NCBI GenBank assembly: GCA_049324835.1
Contig: JBMOMT010000044.1
Location: forward strand, 15,592 to 79,591
DNA length: 64,000 bases
From: Chloroflexota bacterium
Lineage (GTDB): Bacteria; Chloroflexota; Anaerolineae; CAYNKW01
Reading direction: 5' to 3'
Part shown: in pieces, positions 45,434 through 56,409 of the stretch
Position numbering within the stretch: the first letter of the stretch is position 1
Layout of the letters: every line of letters begins with the position of its first letter
Made by a program: the position numbers and the translations under genes
The notes under the pieces: model-generated
Databases searched by the model: none
The model's input: only the letters and a program-made list of their open reading frames with translations
Told to the model about the DNA's origin: nothing

Positions 45434-47305
45434 TCAAGCCAGGAGCATCTCCAGATCCACGCCTTCCAGCGTTTCCACCGCGATCAGTTTGGTCGCCACG
45501 GCCACCAGCTTGTCACGGTGCTCGGTGAGCACCTCCTTGGCCCGTCGATAGGCGTTTTCGATGATGTTTTTCACCTCACGGTCGATCTGCTGGGCCGTTT
45601 GCTCGCTATAGTCCCGCTGCTCCGAGATCTCGCGGCCCAAAAAGATCAACTCTTCCTTTTGACCAAAGGTCATCGGCCCCAACGACTCGCTCATGCCATA
45701 GCGGGTGACCATCTTGCGGGCCAATTCGGTGGCCCGTTCCAGGTCATTGCTGGCGCCGGTGGTCACGTCGTTAAAGACCAACTCTTCGGCAGCCCGGCCT
45801 CCCAAAAAGCCCGCCAGTTGATCGTGGAATTTGGATCTCTGCTGCAGGTATCGATCTTCTTCCGGCAAAGACATCGTAAAACCCAGCGCCATACCACGCG
45901 AGACGATGGTCACCTTGTGAACCGGGTCGCAGCCATCGAGCTGCCACTGCACCAGCGCGTGCCCCGCCTCGTGATAGGCGATGACCTCTTTTTCCTCGTC
46001 GCTGATGATACGGCTGCGGCGTTCCGGCCCGGCGATGATGCGCTCTACCGCTTCTTCGAATTCGACCATACCGATGGCCTTTTTGTTGGCCCGGGCGGCC
46101 AGAATAGCCGCCTCGTTCACCAGATTCTCAATGTCGGCCCCGACAAAACCGGGCGTCTGTTTGGCCAGCGTGGTCAGGTCCACATCGGCGGCCAGCGGCT
46201 TGCCCCGTGCATGCACCTGCAGGATAGCCTCGCGCCCTTTCAGGTCTGGCCGATCTAACACCACCCGGCGGTCGAAGCGGCCAGGCCGCAACAGAGCCGG
46301 GTCCAGGATATCAGGCCGGTTGGTGGCCGCCATGATGATGACGTTGGTATCGGTGTCAAAACCGTCCATCTCGACCAGAATCTGGTTGAGGGTCTGTTCG
46401 CGTTCGTCGTGGCTGCCGCCCAACCCTGCGCCGCGATGCCGCCCCACGGCGTCGATCTCGTCCACAAAAACGATGCACGGCGAGTGGCGCTTGGCCTGGT
46501 CGAACAGATCGCGCACCCGGCTGGCGCCCACACCCACAAACATCTCGACAAACTCGGAGCCAGAGATACTGAAAAAAGGCACGCCGGCCTCACCCGAAAC
46601 GGCCTTGGCCATGAGCGTTTTGCCTGTGCCCGGCGCGCCCACCAGCAGCACCCCCTTGGGGATGCGCGCGCCCAGGGCGATGAACTTTTCCGGCTCTTTG
46701 AGAAACTCGACCACTTCGGCCAGCTCTTCTTTGGCCTCTTCTACGCCGGCCACATCGTCAAAGGTGACGGTGGGCTTGTCGCCGGTGAACATGCGGGCGC
46801 GGCTCTTGCCAAAAGAGAGCGCCTGGTTGTTGGAACCCTGCGCCTGGCGCAGCATGAAATAGATCACACCGGCGAAAAAGAGCATGGGCAAAATGCCACC
46901 CAGAATGGTGAGCCAACTGCCCAGATCGCTGGGCCGCTCGGCCTTGAGAGTGATGCCCTGAATCTGATCGTTGGTCACACCCAGGCCGGTCAACGTCTCC
47001 ACCAGGCTCGTGCCGCGTTCCTTGTAGGCCACCACAGGGATGTGCTCACCGTCGCGACTGCCCACGGCAATGGATTGATTGCCAGCGTTCACCTGAACGC
47101 CCGCCCGATAGACGATCTCCAGCGTCTGATCGTCGCTGGCGCTGGTGATCTGGGCGATCTTGCCATCTCTGGCCTGTTGGGCCACCGTGCTGATGTTGAC
47201 CTCCAGCGGTTTTGTCTGCGAGGTAAAATTGTACAACAGACCCACCGCCGCCACCAGGATGATGAAATAAACCAACCCGTTTCTAAACCTTGCCGAATCC
47301 ACCAC
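45434..47305 (-). CDS. ftsH: ATP-dependent zinc metalloprotease FtsH
   Basis: GAPGTGKTL Walker A, SRH region, HEAGHA zinc site. The track ORF begins at a TTG (47320); a GTG at about 47302-47305 follows a GGAGG RBS. Confidence 0.95.
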   Translation of the reverse strand: MVDSARFRNGLVYFIILVAAVGLLYNFTSQTKPLEVNISTVAQQARDGKIAQITSASDDQTLEIVYRAGVQVNAGNQSIAVGSRDGEHIPVVAYKERGTSLVETLTGLGVTNDQIQGITLKAERPSDLGSWLTILGGILPMLFFAGVIYFMLRQAQGSNNQALSFGKSRARMFTGDKPTVTFDDVAGVEEAKEELAEVVEFLKEPEKFIALGARIPKGVLLVGAPGTGKTLMAKAVSGEAGVPFFSISGSEFVEMFVGVGASRVRDLFDQAKRHSPCIVFVDEIDAVGRHRGAGLGGSHDEREQTLNQILVEMDGFDTDTNVIIMAATNRPDILDPALLRPGRFDRRVVLDRPDLKGREAILQVHARGKPLAADVDLTTLAKQTPGFVGADIENLVNEAAILAARANKKAIGMVEFEEAVERIIAGPERRSRIISDEEKEVIAYHEAGHALVQWQLDGCDPVHKVTIVSRGMALGFTMSLPEEDRYLQQRSKFHDQLAGFLGGRAAEELVFNDVTTGASNDLERATELARKMVTRYGMSESLGPMTFGQKEELIFLGREISEQRDYSEQTAQQIDREVKNIIENAYRRAKEVLTEHRDKLVAVATKLIAVETLEGVDLEMLLA

Positions 47306-47378
47306 TATCCTCCATATCAACTTCCGCCCCGCCGGCAGCGGCCAATCCGGAGCGGGTTACTCTTTTGTTTGACCAAAG

Positions 47379-47408
47379 ATTATACCAGACTTTGCCGATT
47401 CGTGCCAA
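47379..47408 (-). promoter_or_regulatory. Candidate ftsH promoter
   Basis: Minus strand: TTGGCA-18 nt-TATAAT. Confidence 0.4.
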
Positions 47409-47437
47409 CCCACATCCAGAACGCAGCGCCCTCAACA

Positions 47438-48808
47438 TCACCGCACCAGGGCCGCTTCCAACGCGTCCGACAGTGAACGCACGCCCACCACTTCCAGGCC
47501 GTGCGGCGCGCCGGCAAGCTGCCGCGCCGGTTTGGGCATCACACAACGCCTGAAACCCAGCTTGGCCGCCTCGTTCAGGCGACGATCGAGCTGGCTCACC
47601 ATGCGCAGTTCGCCCGAAAGGCCAATCTCGCCCATCACCACGACATCGGCCGATACCGGCACGTTGTGAAAACTGGAAGCGATGGCCGTCGCCACCGCCA
47701 GATCGGCAGCCGGCTCGGCGATACGCAGACCACCGACCACGTTGACAAACACGTCCTGATCCGAAAGCCGCAGGCCGACACGTTTGCTCAACACGGCCAC
47801 CAGCAACAGCAGCCGGTTGAGATCCACGCCGTTGGCCGTGCGCCGCGGCAGGCCAAAGCTGGTGGTGCTGGCAAGCGCCTGGATCTCTACCAGCAGCGGG
47901 CGTGTGCCCTCCATCGTCACCGCGATGGACGATCCGGCAGCGTTGGGCCAGCGCTCGGCCAGAAAGGCCTCCGAAGGGTTGGCCACTTCTTGCAGACCCT
48001 GCTGGCTCATCTCGAACACACCCACTTCGGCGGTGGGCCCAAAACGGTTCTTGACGCTGCGCAGCAGGCGATAGGCGTGAAACCGATCCCCTTCTAGGTA
48101 AAGCACCGTGTCCACGATGTGTTCCAACACCCGTGGGCCGGCGATGGCGCCGGCTTTGGTGACGTGGCCCACCAAAAAGATGGGCACCCCCTGGCCCTTG
48201 GCCAGGTGCATCAGGCGCGAAGCCGATTCGCGCACCTGACTCACACTACCGGCTGCCGAGGTGAGCTCCTCCAGGTACACGGTCTGGATCGAGTCGATCA
48301 CGGCCAGGCGCGGTTTGAGCTGTTCGATGTGCGCCGCGATGGCGTCCAGGTTGGTCTCGGTGAGCAGGTAGAGATGATCGCTCTGGATGTCCAGTCGCCG
48401 GGCGCGCATTTTGATCTGCTGCGCCGATTCTTCGCCCGAAACGTACAGCACATCGCCCTGCTGGGTGAGCAGCGAAGCCACCTGCAACAGCAGCGTCGAT
48501 TTGCCGATGCCCGGATCGCCGCCCACCAGCACCAGCGAGCCGCTCACGATGCCGCCGCCCAATACCCGCGAGAACTCGGCCAGGGGCAGCGGGATACGTT
48601 CCACGCCATCGGCGCCCACCTCGGAGAGTCGTTGGGGAGCCGATCGGCTCAGGGCTGTCTGAGAAGACAGTGGAGCGCGGCGGTCGCGCTCCACGATGGT
48701 TTCGACCAACGTATTCCATTCACCGCAGTCGGGGCAGCGGCCCATCCACTTGGGCTGCGCGCTGCCGCACGCCTGACAAACGAAAACGGTTCTGCTCCGT
48801 TTGACCAT
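47438..48808 (-). CDS. radA: DNA repair protein RadA (Sms)
   Basis: N-terminal zinc finger CQACG...CPDCG, Walker A GGDPGIGKST, KNRFG motif and a Lon-like C-terminal domain. Confidence 0.95.
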   Translation of the reverse strand: MVKRSRTVFVCQACGSAQPKWMGRCPDCGEWNTLVETIVERDRRAPLSSQTALSRSAPQRLSEVGADGVERIPLPLAEFSRVLGGGIVSGSLVLVGGDPGIGKSTLLLQVASLLTQQGDVLYVSGEESAQQIKMRARRLDIQSDHLYLLTETNLDAIAAHIEQLKPRLAVIDSIQTVYLEELTSAAGSVSQVRESASRLMHLAKGQGVPIFLVGHVTKAGAIAGPRVLEHIVDTVLYLEGDRFHAYRLLRSVKNRFGPTAEVGVFEMSQQGLQEVANPSEAFLAERWPNAAGSSIAVTMEGTRPLLVEIQALASTTSFGLPRRTANGVDLNRLLLLVAVLSKRVGLRLSDQDVFVNVVGGLRIAEPAADLAVATAIASSFHNVPVSADVVVMGEIGLSGELRMVSQLDRRLNEAAKLGFRRCVMPKPARQLAGAPHGLEVVGVRSLSDALEAALVR

Positions 48809-48829
48809 TGTTGTCTCTGGTGTCCCGGA

Positions 48830-51331
48830 CTAGTCGAACAGCGCTTCGAGCACGGCCCGCTCGTCGTCCAAAGGCGTCGATGGCTCGATCGTTTGCAGCG
48901 CCAGGCCGTTGCCCTGCTCGTTGACGCTCACCAGCACGGTGGTTTCGGGCTGAAACTCGCCGGCCAGAATACCCTCCGATAACACGTCCTCCACTTGTTG
49001 CTGGATCACCCGGCGCAACTGCCGCGCGCCAAATTCAGGGCTGTAACCCTCTTCGGCCAGGTAATGACGGGCCTCTGGTGTGGACTGAAGCCTGATATCG
49101 CGGTCGGACAGCCGTGCCTGGATCTTGTTCAGCTCTAACTGCACAATATCTTCGATCTGGTCTTTGGTGAGTGAACGAAAGACCATGATGCCATCCACAC
49201 GGTTGAGAAACTCGGGGCGGAACATGCGGCGCATTTCGGCCATGAGCTTCTCTTTCATGTCAGTGTAGGCCTCTTCTTCACTGACAGCCTGATCGCGTTT
49301 AGTGGCAAAGCCCAACGAGGTCGAGCGTTTGATCAGATCCGCCCCAACGTTGGAGGTCATGATGATGATGGTGTTGCAAAAGTCCACCGACCGACCGCGG
49401 GCATCGGCCAGATGGCCTTCTTCCATGATCTGCAAGAGCATGTTAAAGGCGTCCGGATGGGCCTTTTCGATCTCGTCAAAGCAGACCACCGAGTAAGGTC
49501 GGCGGCGGATGGTCTCGGTCAACTGACCGGCGTCGTCGTAGCCGATGTAGCCCGGCGGCGCGCCCACCAACCGCGACACCGTGTGTCGCTCCATGAACTC
49601 CGACATATCCAACTGGAGCAGCGCCTCTTCGCTGCCGAACAAGAACTCGGCCAACGCCTTACACAACTCGGTTTTGCCCACACCGGTGGGACCAAGAAAG
49701 ATAAAAGAGCCAATAGGACGCCTGGGGTCTTTGAGTCCGGCGCGCCCACGCCGCACCGCCTTGGCCAGCGCGGTGATGGCCTCTTCCTGGCCCACCACAC
49801 GCTTGTGCAGCTCTTCTTCCATTTTAAGCAACCGCTCCGATTCTTCTGTTGCCAGTTGCATCAGTGGTATGCCCGTCCACATGGAAACCATCTCGGCGAT
49901 GTCATCGCTCGAGACGACGATGCTCTCGGCCATGCCGGCATCGGTCAGCCGCATCTTGTCCAGTTGGGCCTGAAGGTCCACTTCTCGATAGCGCAGGTTG
50001 GTGGCAGTTTCGAAATCTTTGGCCTCGATGGCGGCTTCCTTTTCGCGCTGCACATCACGCAGAACAGATAGGACGTCCTGATAGCCGTGCATCTGGGGTA
50101 CTTTGTACATTCGAACGCGCGAGGAGGCTTCATCGATCAGGTCGATGGCCTTGTCGGGCAAAAAACGATCGGTGATGTAACGCTGGCCCAGGTGCGCCGC
50201 CGTGACGACGGCCTCGTCCGAAATGCGAAGCTGGTGATGCTGCTCGTAACGCGATTTGACGCCGCGCAAAATCTCGATGGTCTCATCGACCGTCGGTTCT
50301 TTGACCATCACGGGCTGGAAGCGGCGCTCCAGAGCGGCGTCGCTCTCGATGTGTTTGCGGTATTCCTCCAGCGTGGTGGCGCCCACACACTGCAATTCGC
50401 CGCGGGCCAGGGCCGGTTTGAGGATATTGGCGGCGTCCACCGAACTGCCCGCCGCGCCAGCGCCCACCAGCATGTGCACCTCGTCGATGAACAAGATGCT
50501 ATCCGAACCTTTTAGCTCTTCGATGACTTTTTTGAGCCGCTCTTCGAACTGGCCACGATACATGGTGCCGGCCACCAATGAACCGACATCGAGTTGCAGC
50601 ACCTGTTTGTTGAGCAGGCTGGGCGGCACCATACCGGCCACGATACGCTGCGCCAGCCCCTCGACGATGGCTGTCTTGCCCACACCCGGCTCACCGATCA
50701 GCGCCGGGTTGTTCTTGGTGCGACGCGACAGAATCTGGATCACCCGTTCGATCTCGGTCTGGCGGCCAATGACGGGGTCCAGCTTGTCCTCACCCGCCAG
50801 CGCGGTAAGGTCGGTGCTGAGCTGATCCAACAGCGGTGTTTTGGGCCGTGCGGCCTCTTTTGCCCCGGCCTGCACCGGGCTTTTCATCATCAGGGCGGTG
50901 GTTTCCTTACGCAACTGCTCCAGGTCAATGCCCAGATCGCGCAACAGATCCAGAGCGACGCCCTCTTCCTGGCGGAGTAAACCTAACAGCAAGTGACCGG
51001 TATCGATGTAATGATGGCCCATGCGACGCGCCTCGTCCACTGCACTCTCTAACACCTTGCGCGTGCGCGGCGTGAGTGTTGGTTTGGAGCTAAAGGGTGT
51101 TCGCCGACGGCCACTGGTGAAACGCTCCACCATCTGTTGCAACTGTTCCGGATCTGCCCCCAGCTTACGGAGCACCCGACTGGACACACTTTTATCCTCT
51201 TTGACCATTCCCAGCAACAGATGCTCCGTACCGATGTAATTATGGTGCATGCTCTTGGCTTCCTCTTGCGCCCGCATCAGCACCCTTCTGGCTCGTTTGG
51301 TAAACAGTTCGAATTTATCCTGTTCAGCCAT
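48830..51331 (-). CDS. clpC: ATP-dependent Clp protease ATP-binding subunit ClpC
   Basis: Clp_N repeats, two AAA+ modules ([16 protein letters not shown]) and a UVR-like linker. Confidence 0.93.
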   Translation of the reverse strand: MAEQDKFELFTKRARRVLMRAQEEAKSMHHNYIGTEHLLLGMVKEDKSVSSRVLRKLGADPEQLQQMVERFTSGRRRTPFSSKPTLTPRTRKVLESAVDEARRMGHHYIDTGHLLLGLLRQEEGVALDLLRDLGIDLEQLRKETTALMMKSPVQAGAKEAARPKTPLLDQLSTDLTALAGEDKLDPVIGRQTEIERVIQILSRRTKNNPALIGEPGVGKTAIVEGLAQRIVAGMVPPSLLNKQVLQLDVGSLVAGTMYRGQFEERLKKVIEELKGSDSILFIDEVHMLVGAGAAGSSVDAANILKPALARGELQCVGATTLEEYRKHIESDAALERRFQPVMVKEPTVDETIEILRGVKSRYEQHHQLRISDEAVVTAAHLGQRYITDRFLPDKAIDLIDEASSRVRMYKVPQMHGYQDVLSVLRDVQREKEAAIEAKDFETATNLRYREVDLQAQLDKMRLTDAGMAESIVVSSDDIAEMVSMWTGIPLMQLATEESERLLKMEEELHKRVVGQEEAITALAKAVRRGRAGLKDPRRPIGSFIFLGPTGVGKTELCKALAEFLFGSEEALLQLDMSEFMERHTVSRLVGAPPGYIGYDDAGQLTETIRRRPYSVVCFDEIEKAHPDAFNMLLQIMEEGHLADARGRSVDFCNTIIIMTSNVGADLIKRSTSLGFATKRDQAVSEEEAYTDMKEKLMAEMRRMFRPEFLNRVDGIMVFRSLTKDQIEDIVQLELNKIQARLSDRDIRLQSTPEARHYLAEEGYSPEFGARQLRRVIQQQVEDVLSEGILAGEFQPETTVLVSVNEQGNGLALQTIEPSTPLDDERAVLEALFD

Positions 51332-51616
51332 GATATCTATCTCCTATTATAGCCCACACCTTCACCCACCCATAACAGTACTTTTTACAGACGGGTGTGG
51401 CTTTAGGTTTTCCAACGGGCCTGTGCAACAGCCATCTCAAACGACAAGGGGGCTGTTCGCTTCTCCGCGCCCTAGCCCCCTATGGCATCGATCCACCCGG
51501 CATATTCAAGGGGGCGGCTTTTACTGCACCACCAAACTCCCCCTCATGAGTTCTACACTCGTATCCGACGCCTCAACCCGGCCCCCGGCCCATGAGCCTG
51601 GTGATGGCGCACCTCC

Positions 51617-52927
51617 TCACTCCACCGCGTCTTCGGCGGCTTCCATCTCGATCAATTCGGGGGAACGATTTACAGACTTACCAACCGTTACCTTTTGGTT
51701 CTCCTCGGCCTCCATCTCGCCCCCCATAGCGGCGTCACTTTCGGCCCGACCCTCGTCCCAGTCCTGCTCTGCGTATTCCACCAAATCGACACGCTTGAGG
51801 CTCAAGCCCATGCGTTTCCGGGCGGCATCGATCTTGATAATACGCAGCGTCAGCACATCGCCGCCCTTGACCACATCTTTGGGATGGCCCACGTGTTCGT
51901 CGGACATCTCGGAGATGTGAATCAGCCCTTCGATGTCTGAATCGTGCAGCCGGGCAAAGGCGCCAAACTTGACCAACTTGGTGACGGTGCCCTCTACCAA
52001 CTGGCCCACCTGATACCGCTCTTCGACCAGCGTCCACGGATCTGGCAGCAACCGCTTCAGGCTCAGGCCAATGCGCTTGCGGTCGCGGTCTACGTTCAAG
52101 ACATAGACCTCTACCTCCTGGCCCACCTCGAGCACTTCGCTGGGATGTGTCACCCGCCGCCAGGACAACTCCGAAAGGTGCACCAGACCATCGGCCTCGC
52201 CCAGATCGACAAAAGCGCCAAAATCACACAAACTGCTGACCATCCCGGTACGAATGTCGCCCTCGCTCAACTCGTCCAGCAGACGGTCTTTTTGTAGCTT
52301 GCGCCAATCGCGGATGGCCGCCCGCTCAGAGAGAATGAGCCGATTGCGCTCCCGATCCAGCTCGATGATCTTGATCTGAATGGGCTGACCCACCAGCTTG
52401 GCCTTGTATTCCTCGGAAGAGACATCTCCCTGGTCCTGAGGCACCAACTGGGACGCCGGCACAAAACCCCGTACCCGGCCCAGCCGCACGATGAGACCAC
52501 CCTTGTTAAAGCCGGCCACCGTGCTTTCAAATACCTCTTGGGTCTTGAAAAGTTGTTCGGCTTGGCGCCAATCCTTTTCAATCTGCGCCCTGGCCAGAGA
52601 AAGAATGATGTTGCCATTCTTATCCTCGGCCGTCATGACGTAAGCCAGAACCTGGTCGCCCACTTTGAGCCTGGACACATACTCGGCCCCCAGGCGATCA
52701 AGGTCTCGCTTGGTAACAATGCCTTCCGATTTGGCACCCACGTCGATCAGAATCTCGTCCGAGGTGACACGCACGATCACCCCTTCCAGGATCGTCGACT
52801 TTTCGAACTGGCCGAGCTTGTCGGCTTCTTCAAGCAGCGACATCATCGGGTGGGCTTGCCCGATGTCAGATTCGCCTACGCTCCTTTCACCGCTTGTTGA
52901 AAGGGCCTGGGCTTTTTCCTCAACCAT
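51617..52927 (-). CDS. rpsA: 30S ribosomal protein S1 (four S1 domains, acidic tail)
   Basis: Four repeats of the G.V..V..FGAFV.L..G..GL.H.SE pattern. Confidence 0.88.
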   Translation of the reverse strand: MVEEKAQALSTSGERSVGESDIGQAHPMMSLLEEADKLGQFEKSTILEGVIVRVTSDEILIDVGAKSEGIVTKRDLDRLGAEYVSRLKVGDQVLAYVMTAEDKNGNIILSLARAQIEKDWRQAEQLFKTQEVFESTVAGFNKGGLIVRLGRVRGFVPASQLVPQDQGDVSSEEYKAKLVGQPIQIKIIELDRERNRLILSERAAIRDWRKLQKDRLLDELSEGDIRTGMVSSLCDFGAFVDLGEADGLVHLSELSWRRVTHPSEVLEVGQEVEVYVLNVDRDRKRIGLSLKRLLPDPWTLVEERYQVGQLVEGTVTKLVKFGAFARLHDSDIEGLIHISEMSDEHVGHPKDVVKGGDVLTLRIIKIDAARKRMGLSLKRVDLVEYAEQDWDEGRAESDAAMGGEMEAEENQKVTVGKSVNRSPELIEMEAAEDAVE

Positions 52928-52961
52928 TCTCTTCTTCTCTCCCCTTATTGTGCTAACTCCT

Positions 52962-52989
52962 ATTATACACTATTTTCGCCATAGCGCAA
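52962..52989 (-). promoter_or_regulatory. Candidate rpsA promoter
   Basis: Minus strand: TTGCGC-16 nt-TATAAT (GTGTATAAT). Confidence 0.45.
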
Positions 52990-53126
52990 AACTTGCCCCG
53001 GCCTCAGATAGATCATCGATCAGGAGAGAGATAAAAACACGTTCACTGTTGAGACAATCCGGTGGGGCACGATCTTACCTGCCCCGCCACTCGATCATAC
53101 CCGGCCGCTGTCACCACACAACATCA

Positions 53127-53159
53127 GGGCTTCCAGAGTTGGACGGACTCTGGAAGCCC
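53127..53159 (-). terminator. 13-bp hairpin downstream of the cyclodeaminase-family gene
   Basis: GGGCTTCCAGAGT-7 nt loop-ACTCTGGAAGCCC. The U-run is weak on the minus strand and good (TTTTGT) on the plus strand. Confidence 0.5.
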
Positions 53160-53190
53160 TTTTGTCTGGATTGTAACCCGGAGCTGTCGC

Positions 53191-54168
53191 TCAGAGCGGC
53201 AACCAGGCGCCGATGCCTTTTTCCACCGCCTGTTTGTACAGCAGCGGCGCCACCACCATATCGTCCATGGCCAGGCCCAGGTTGGCCGTCATGGTGCGCT
53301 CCTGAGGGTTTTGGCGGCCCGGCTTTTTCCCGGCAGCCAGTTCACCCAGATCGGCATGAACCGGCGGAATATCCTGCAAGTATCCCACCTGCTGGTAGTG
53401 GCGCAGTTGGGGGGTGTCGTCGGTGCAGAACCTGTCGACTTGTTTCATGGCCGCCGGCTGCCAATAAGAGTCAAAATCCACCAGCGAGGCAAAAGCCCCC
53501 TCGTCCAGCCAGCCCGGTAGGATGGTGCCATGCGGCCTTTTTAAGATCGGCCCGGCGGTGACCACCACATCACAGCCGGTCACGGCCTGCTGCGGCGTTT
53601 CGACGACGATCGCTTCCAGGCCCAACCGCTCGCCGATCTCGTCGGCGTAGCGGCGTGCCGCCGTGGCATCCACATCATAGGCCATCACCCGCTGCAGCGG
53701 CAAGAGCACGTTCAGCGCCTCCACATTGCTCCGGCCCTGCACGCCGCAGCCCAACACTCCCACCACAGAGGAATCCGGACGGGCCAGGTATTTGGCGGCC
53801 ACCGCCGTCGCTGCGCCGGTGCGTTTGGCCGTGATCCAGACACAATCCATCACTGCCAGAGGCAGGCCGGTGTCCACGTCGTTATAAATCAGCAGGCCGG
53901 TGATGTAGGGCAAACCTCGCTTGAAATTCTCCGGAAAGCCACTCACCCACTTGACGCCGGCCGATTTGAGCGCCGGGATATAAGCCGGCATGGCGTGGAT
54001 GAAATTATCGCCGCCGCCGGGGTGAATGCCCGGCTTGGGTGGCATCTCTACTCGCCCCTCACCCTTTTCACGAAAAGCCAGCTCGAGCGCGTCGATGATC
54101 GCAGTCATCGTCAACCCGACGGCTGCCACGTCGGCCTGGGAAAGGTAGAGCAAACGATTTTCTGACAC
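53191..54168 (-). CDS. Ornithine cyclodeaminase/mu-crystallin family protein
   Basis: Rossmann GVLGCGVQG and family-typical length. Preferred GTG start (VSENRLLYLSQ) follows a GGAGG RBS. The track ORF extends to 54213, overlapping the upstream stop. Confidence 0.8.
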   Translation of the reverse strand: MSENRLLYLSQADVAAVGLTMTAIIDALELAFREKGEGRVEMPPKPGIHPGGGDNFIHAMPAYIPALKSAGVKWVSGFPENFKRGLPYITGLLIYNDVDTGLPLAVMDCVWITAKRTGAATAVAAKYLARPDSSVVGVLGCGVQGRSNVEALNVLLPLQRVMAYDVDATAARRYADEIGERLGLEAIVVETPQQAVTGCDVVVTAGPILKRPHGTILPGWLDEGAFASLVDFDSYWQPAAMKQVDRFCTDDTPQLRHYQQVGYLQDIPPVHADLGELAAGKKPGRQNPQERTMTANLGLAMDDMVVAPLLYKQAVEKGIGAWLPL

Positions 54169-54209
54169 AGCACACCTCCAATCGAGATCGTTCAGGCGCG
54201 GGCGCGGTA

Positions 54210-55571
54210 TCACCCGGCCGAATGCGTGGTTACTTGCGTTTCGCTGCCGACCGCCAGCCGGGGCACGTAACGGGCCACCATTTCGGGCGTCACCGCTCCG
54301 GCGCGGCAGATCTCGGCGTATAACTCGCCGCTGCGCCGGACAGCCCGCGCCTGTGTTTCAAAATCCACGGCGATCAGGCCAAACCTGGCGCTGAACCCCT
54401 CGGCCCACTCGAAATTATCCAGCAGCGACCAGTGATAATAGCCCTTCACCGGCGCCCCCTCGGTGATGGCACGCTGTACCGCTGCCAGATGGGTAACCAG
54501 GTGATAGGGTCGTTCCTCGTCGGTGGCGTCGAGCCAGCCGTTCTCGGTGACATAGATCGGCAGGCCGTAATCGCCAAACTGTTTCAAGAAACGATACAGC
54601 CCATCGGGATCGGGATCGCCCCACCAGTGCGGCAGGTCTGGCGGGCGGTTGGGACGGCGCACCTCGCGGGCAAAGAGATTCTGCGGCGCGGCCAGGTCGA
54701 AAGCGATAGCATCGCTGTTGTAATAGTTGAGGCCCAGGAAATCGACCCGGCCCGGCAACGTGGCGTCGCGTTGGCCCCAGCCGAGGGGAAAGAGCCAACG
54801 GCCCTCCATCACTGCCGCCATGAACAATCGATTGAGCAGATAATCGCGCACGCCGGCCGCCCAGCCATCCAGCGCCGAGACCGGGTTGGCCGGAGCAAAA
54901 GCGCGCTGATGTTTCACCAGCCCCACCCGCGCCTGCGGCTGAACCTCGTGGATGGCCTGGTAAGCGGCGGCATGGGCGCAGGCCATGTGGCGCAGCGTTC
55001 GCAGCGTGCGGCCCACGCTCACCTGGCCCGGTGGAAAGATCGCCCCCAAACAAGTGTTGAACGCATAGATCACCGGCTCGTTGATGGTGCACCACAACGT
55101 CACCAGATCACCAAAAGCCGCCGCGGCGCGGCGGGCAAAACGCGTGAAGCGTGCCACCGCTGCCGGGTTGGCCCAGCCGCCATCCTCGGCCAGCCAGCGC
55201 GGGCTGGTGAAATGGTGCAGCGTGACCATCGGCTCCAGGCCGCGAGCCCGCAGGGCGGCCAGCATCTCGCGGTAGCGGGCCTCTGCGGCGGCATCCCACT
55301 GGCCTTCAGCGGGTTCCAGACGGCTCCAGGCGATGGACAGGCGGTGGCTGTTTTGCCCCAACGCGGCCGCCCGGTCGAAATCCTCCTCGGCGCGATGCCA
55401 CCAATCACAGGCCACTTGGGCGCGTCCGCCACCGGCAATACGCCCCGGCTGTTGCTCCCACTCCCACCAATCGTTGTGTGGGTTGTGCCCTTCCACCTGA
55501 TGCGCCGAAGTGGCCGTGCCCCACAGAAAACCATCGGGAAAAGAGAGGGTTCGGGTGATCTGTTGTTCCAT
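54210..55571 (-). CDS. GH1 beta-glucosidase
   Basis: FLWGTATSAHQVEG, the acid/base TINEP and the nucleophile YVTENG. Confidence 0.92.
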   Translation of the reverse strand: MEQQITRTLSFPDGFLWGTATSAHQVEGHNPHNDWWEWEQQPGRIAGGGRAQVACDWWHRAEEDFDRAAALGQNSHRLSIAWSRLEPAEGQWDAAAEARYREMLAALRARGLEPMVTLHHFTSPRWLAEDGGWANPAAVARFTRFARRAAAAFGDLVTLWCTINEPVIYAFNTCLGAIFPPGQVSVGRTLRTLRHMACAHAAAYQAIHEVQPQARVGLVKHQRAFAPANPVSALDGWAAGVRDYLLNRLFMAAVMEGRWLFPLGWGQRDATLPGRVDFLGLNYYNSDAIAFDLAAPQNLFAREVRRPNRPPDLPHWWGDPDPDGLYRFLKQFGDYGLPIYVTENGWLDATDEERPYHLVTHLAAVQRAITEGAPVKGYYHWSLLDNFEWAEGFSARFGLIAVDFETQARAVRRSGELYAEICRAGAVTPEMVARYVPRLAVGSETQVTTHSAG

Positions 55572-55598
55572 CGAATCGTGCTCCAAAAGCCGTCAAGA

Positions 55599-56327
55599 TC
55601 AGCCAAGACGGACACGTACTTCAGCGGCCACCATGCGGTGGCCCGAATCACGATATCCCACCGCCTCGGCCAGTTGGATGGAGGGCAGATTGTCCTCGTC
55701 GACGATGTAGAGCGGCAGTAAACCCTCGTGGAGCAAACCCAGCGTGGCCGCCCGCACCACTGCCTGTCCCCAGCCGCGCCCTTGAAACTCGGGCGCGGTG
55801 AACACAAAAACCTCGGCGCAAAAGGGCGAACGCCAGTTGGTGCCGGCGACCGCCGCCGGCTGGCCGCCGGAGCGAATCTCCCAGCGCGGCTGACCCTCGG
55901 GGCCGTGATTTTCTTGCACCAGCACATTGATCCGAACTGTTTGCAACAACGCAAAGCGAGATGGGTCGACGAGCAAGATGCGCTGCACCGAAGGCGAGGA
56001 CATCTCGAGCACATCTTGCACACCGGCAACCAGGTTCGCCGGGGCAAGAAAAAAGTAGGGCCGCCCCGGTATCAACGCTCGCAGGAGGAGATCGGTTGCC
56101 GCATGGGCATCGGGCGCGCGCATCACCACCAGCGGCCGAAACAGGTCCTGGCCTGTCTGGCAAACGGCGATGAATCCGGTCGCCCGATCATCCGGCGTAC
56201 GATAGAGCGTGAGTTCGGTGCGGCGAGGGTCGTGATACAGGGCATAGTAGGCTGCCTGGGCATCCTCCGGAGCCGAGGGGGCCAGCAGAGAGGCGATGGC
56301 GTCTCGTTGAGCGCTCAGGTTGTTCAC
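55599..56327 (-). CDS. GNAT-family N-acetyltransferase
   Basis: Acetyl-CoA loop QGRGWGQAVV. GTG at 56327 chosen so the gene does not overlap the upstream CDS; the track ORF extends to 56486. Confidence 0.65.
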   Translation of the reverse strand: MNNLSAQRDAIASLLAPSAPEDAQAAYYALYHDPRRTELTLYRTPDDRATGFIAVCQTGQDLFRPLVVMRAPDAHAATDLLLRALIPGRPYFFLAPANLVAGVQDVLEMSSPSVQRILLVDPSRFALLQTVRINVLVQENHGPEGQPRWEIRSGGQPAAVAGTNWRSPFCAEVFVFTAPEFQGRGWGQAVVRAATLGLLHEGLLPLYIVDEDNLPSIQLAEAVGYRDSGHRMVAAEVRVRLG

Positions 56328-56409
56328 GACCTCACCTGTGCTGGAGAAGGATGCTGCCACAGCGCCAGGCCGGCACGCTCGGCGCCGGCCTGACGCTGCA
56401 AGAGAGAGG

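Noticed and set aside
48830-52927. rpsA-clpC-radA-ftsH co-orientation, considered as a novel operon
   Set aside because: clpC-radA linkage is a well-known conserved arrangement. ftsH and rpsA have their own candidate promoters, and the gaps are 100-285 nt. This is ordinary core-genome organisation.
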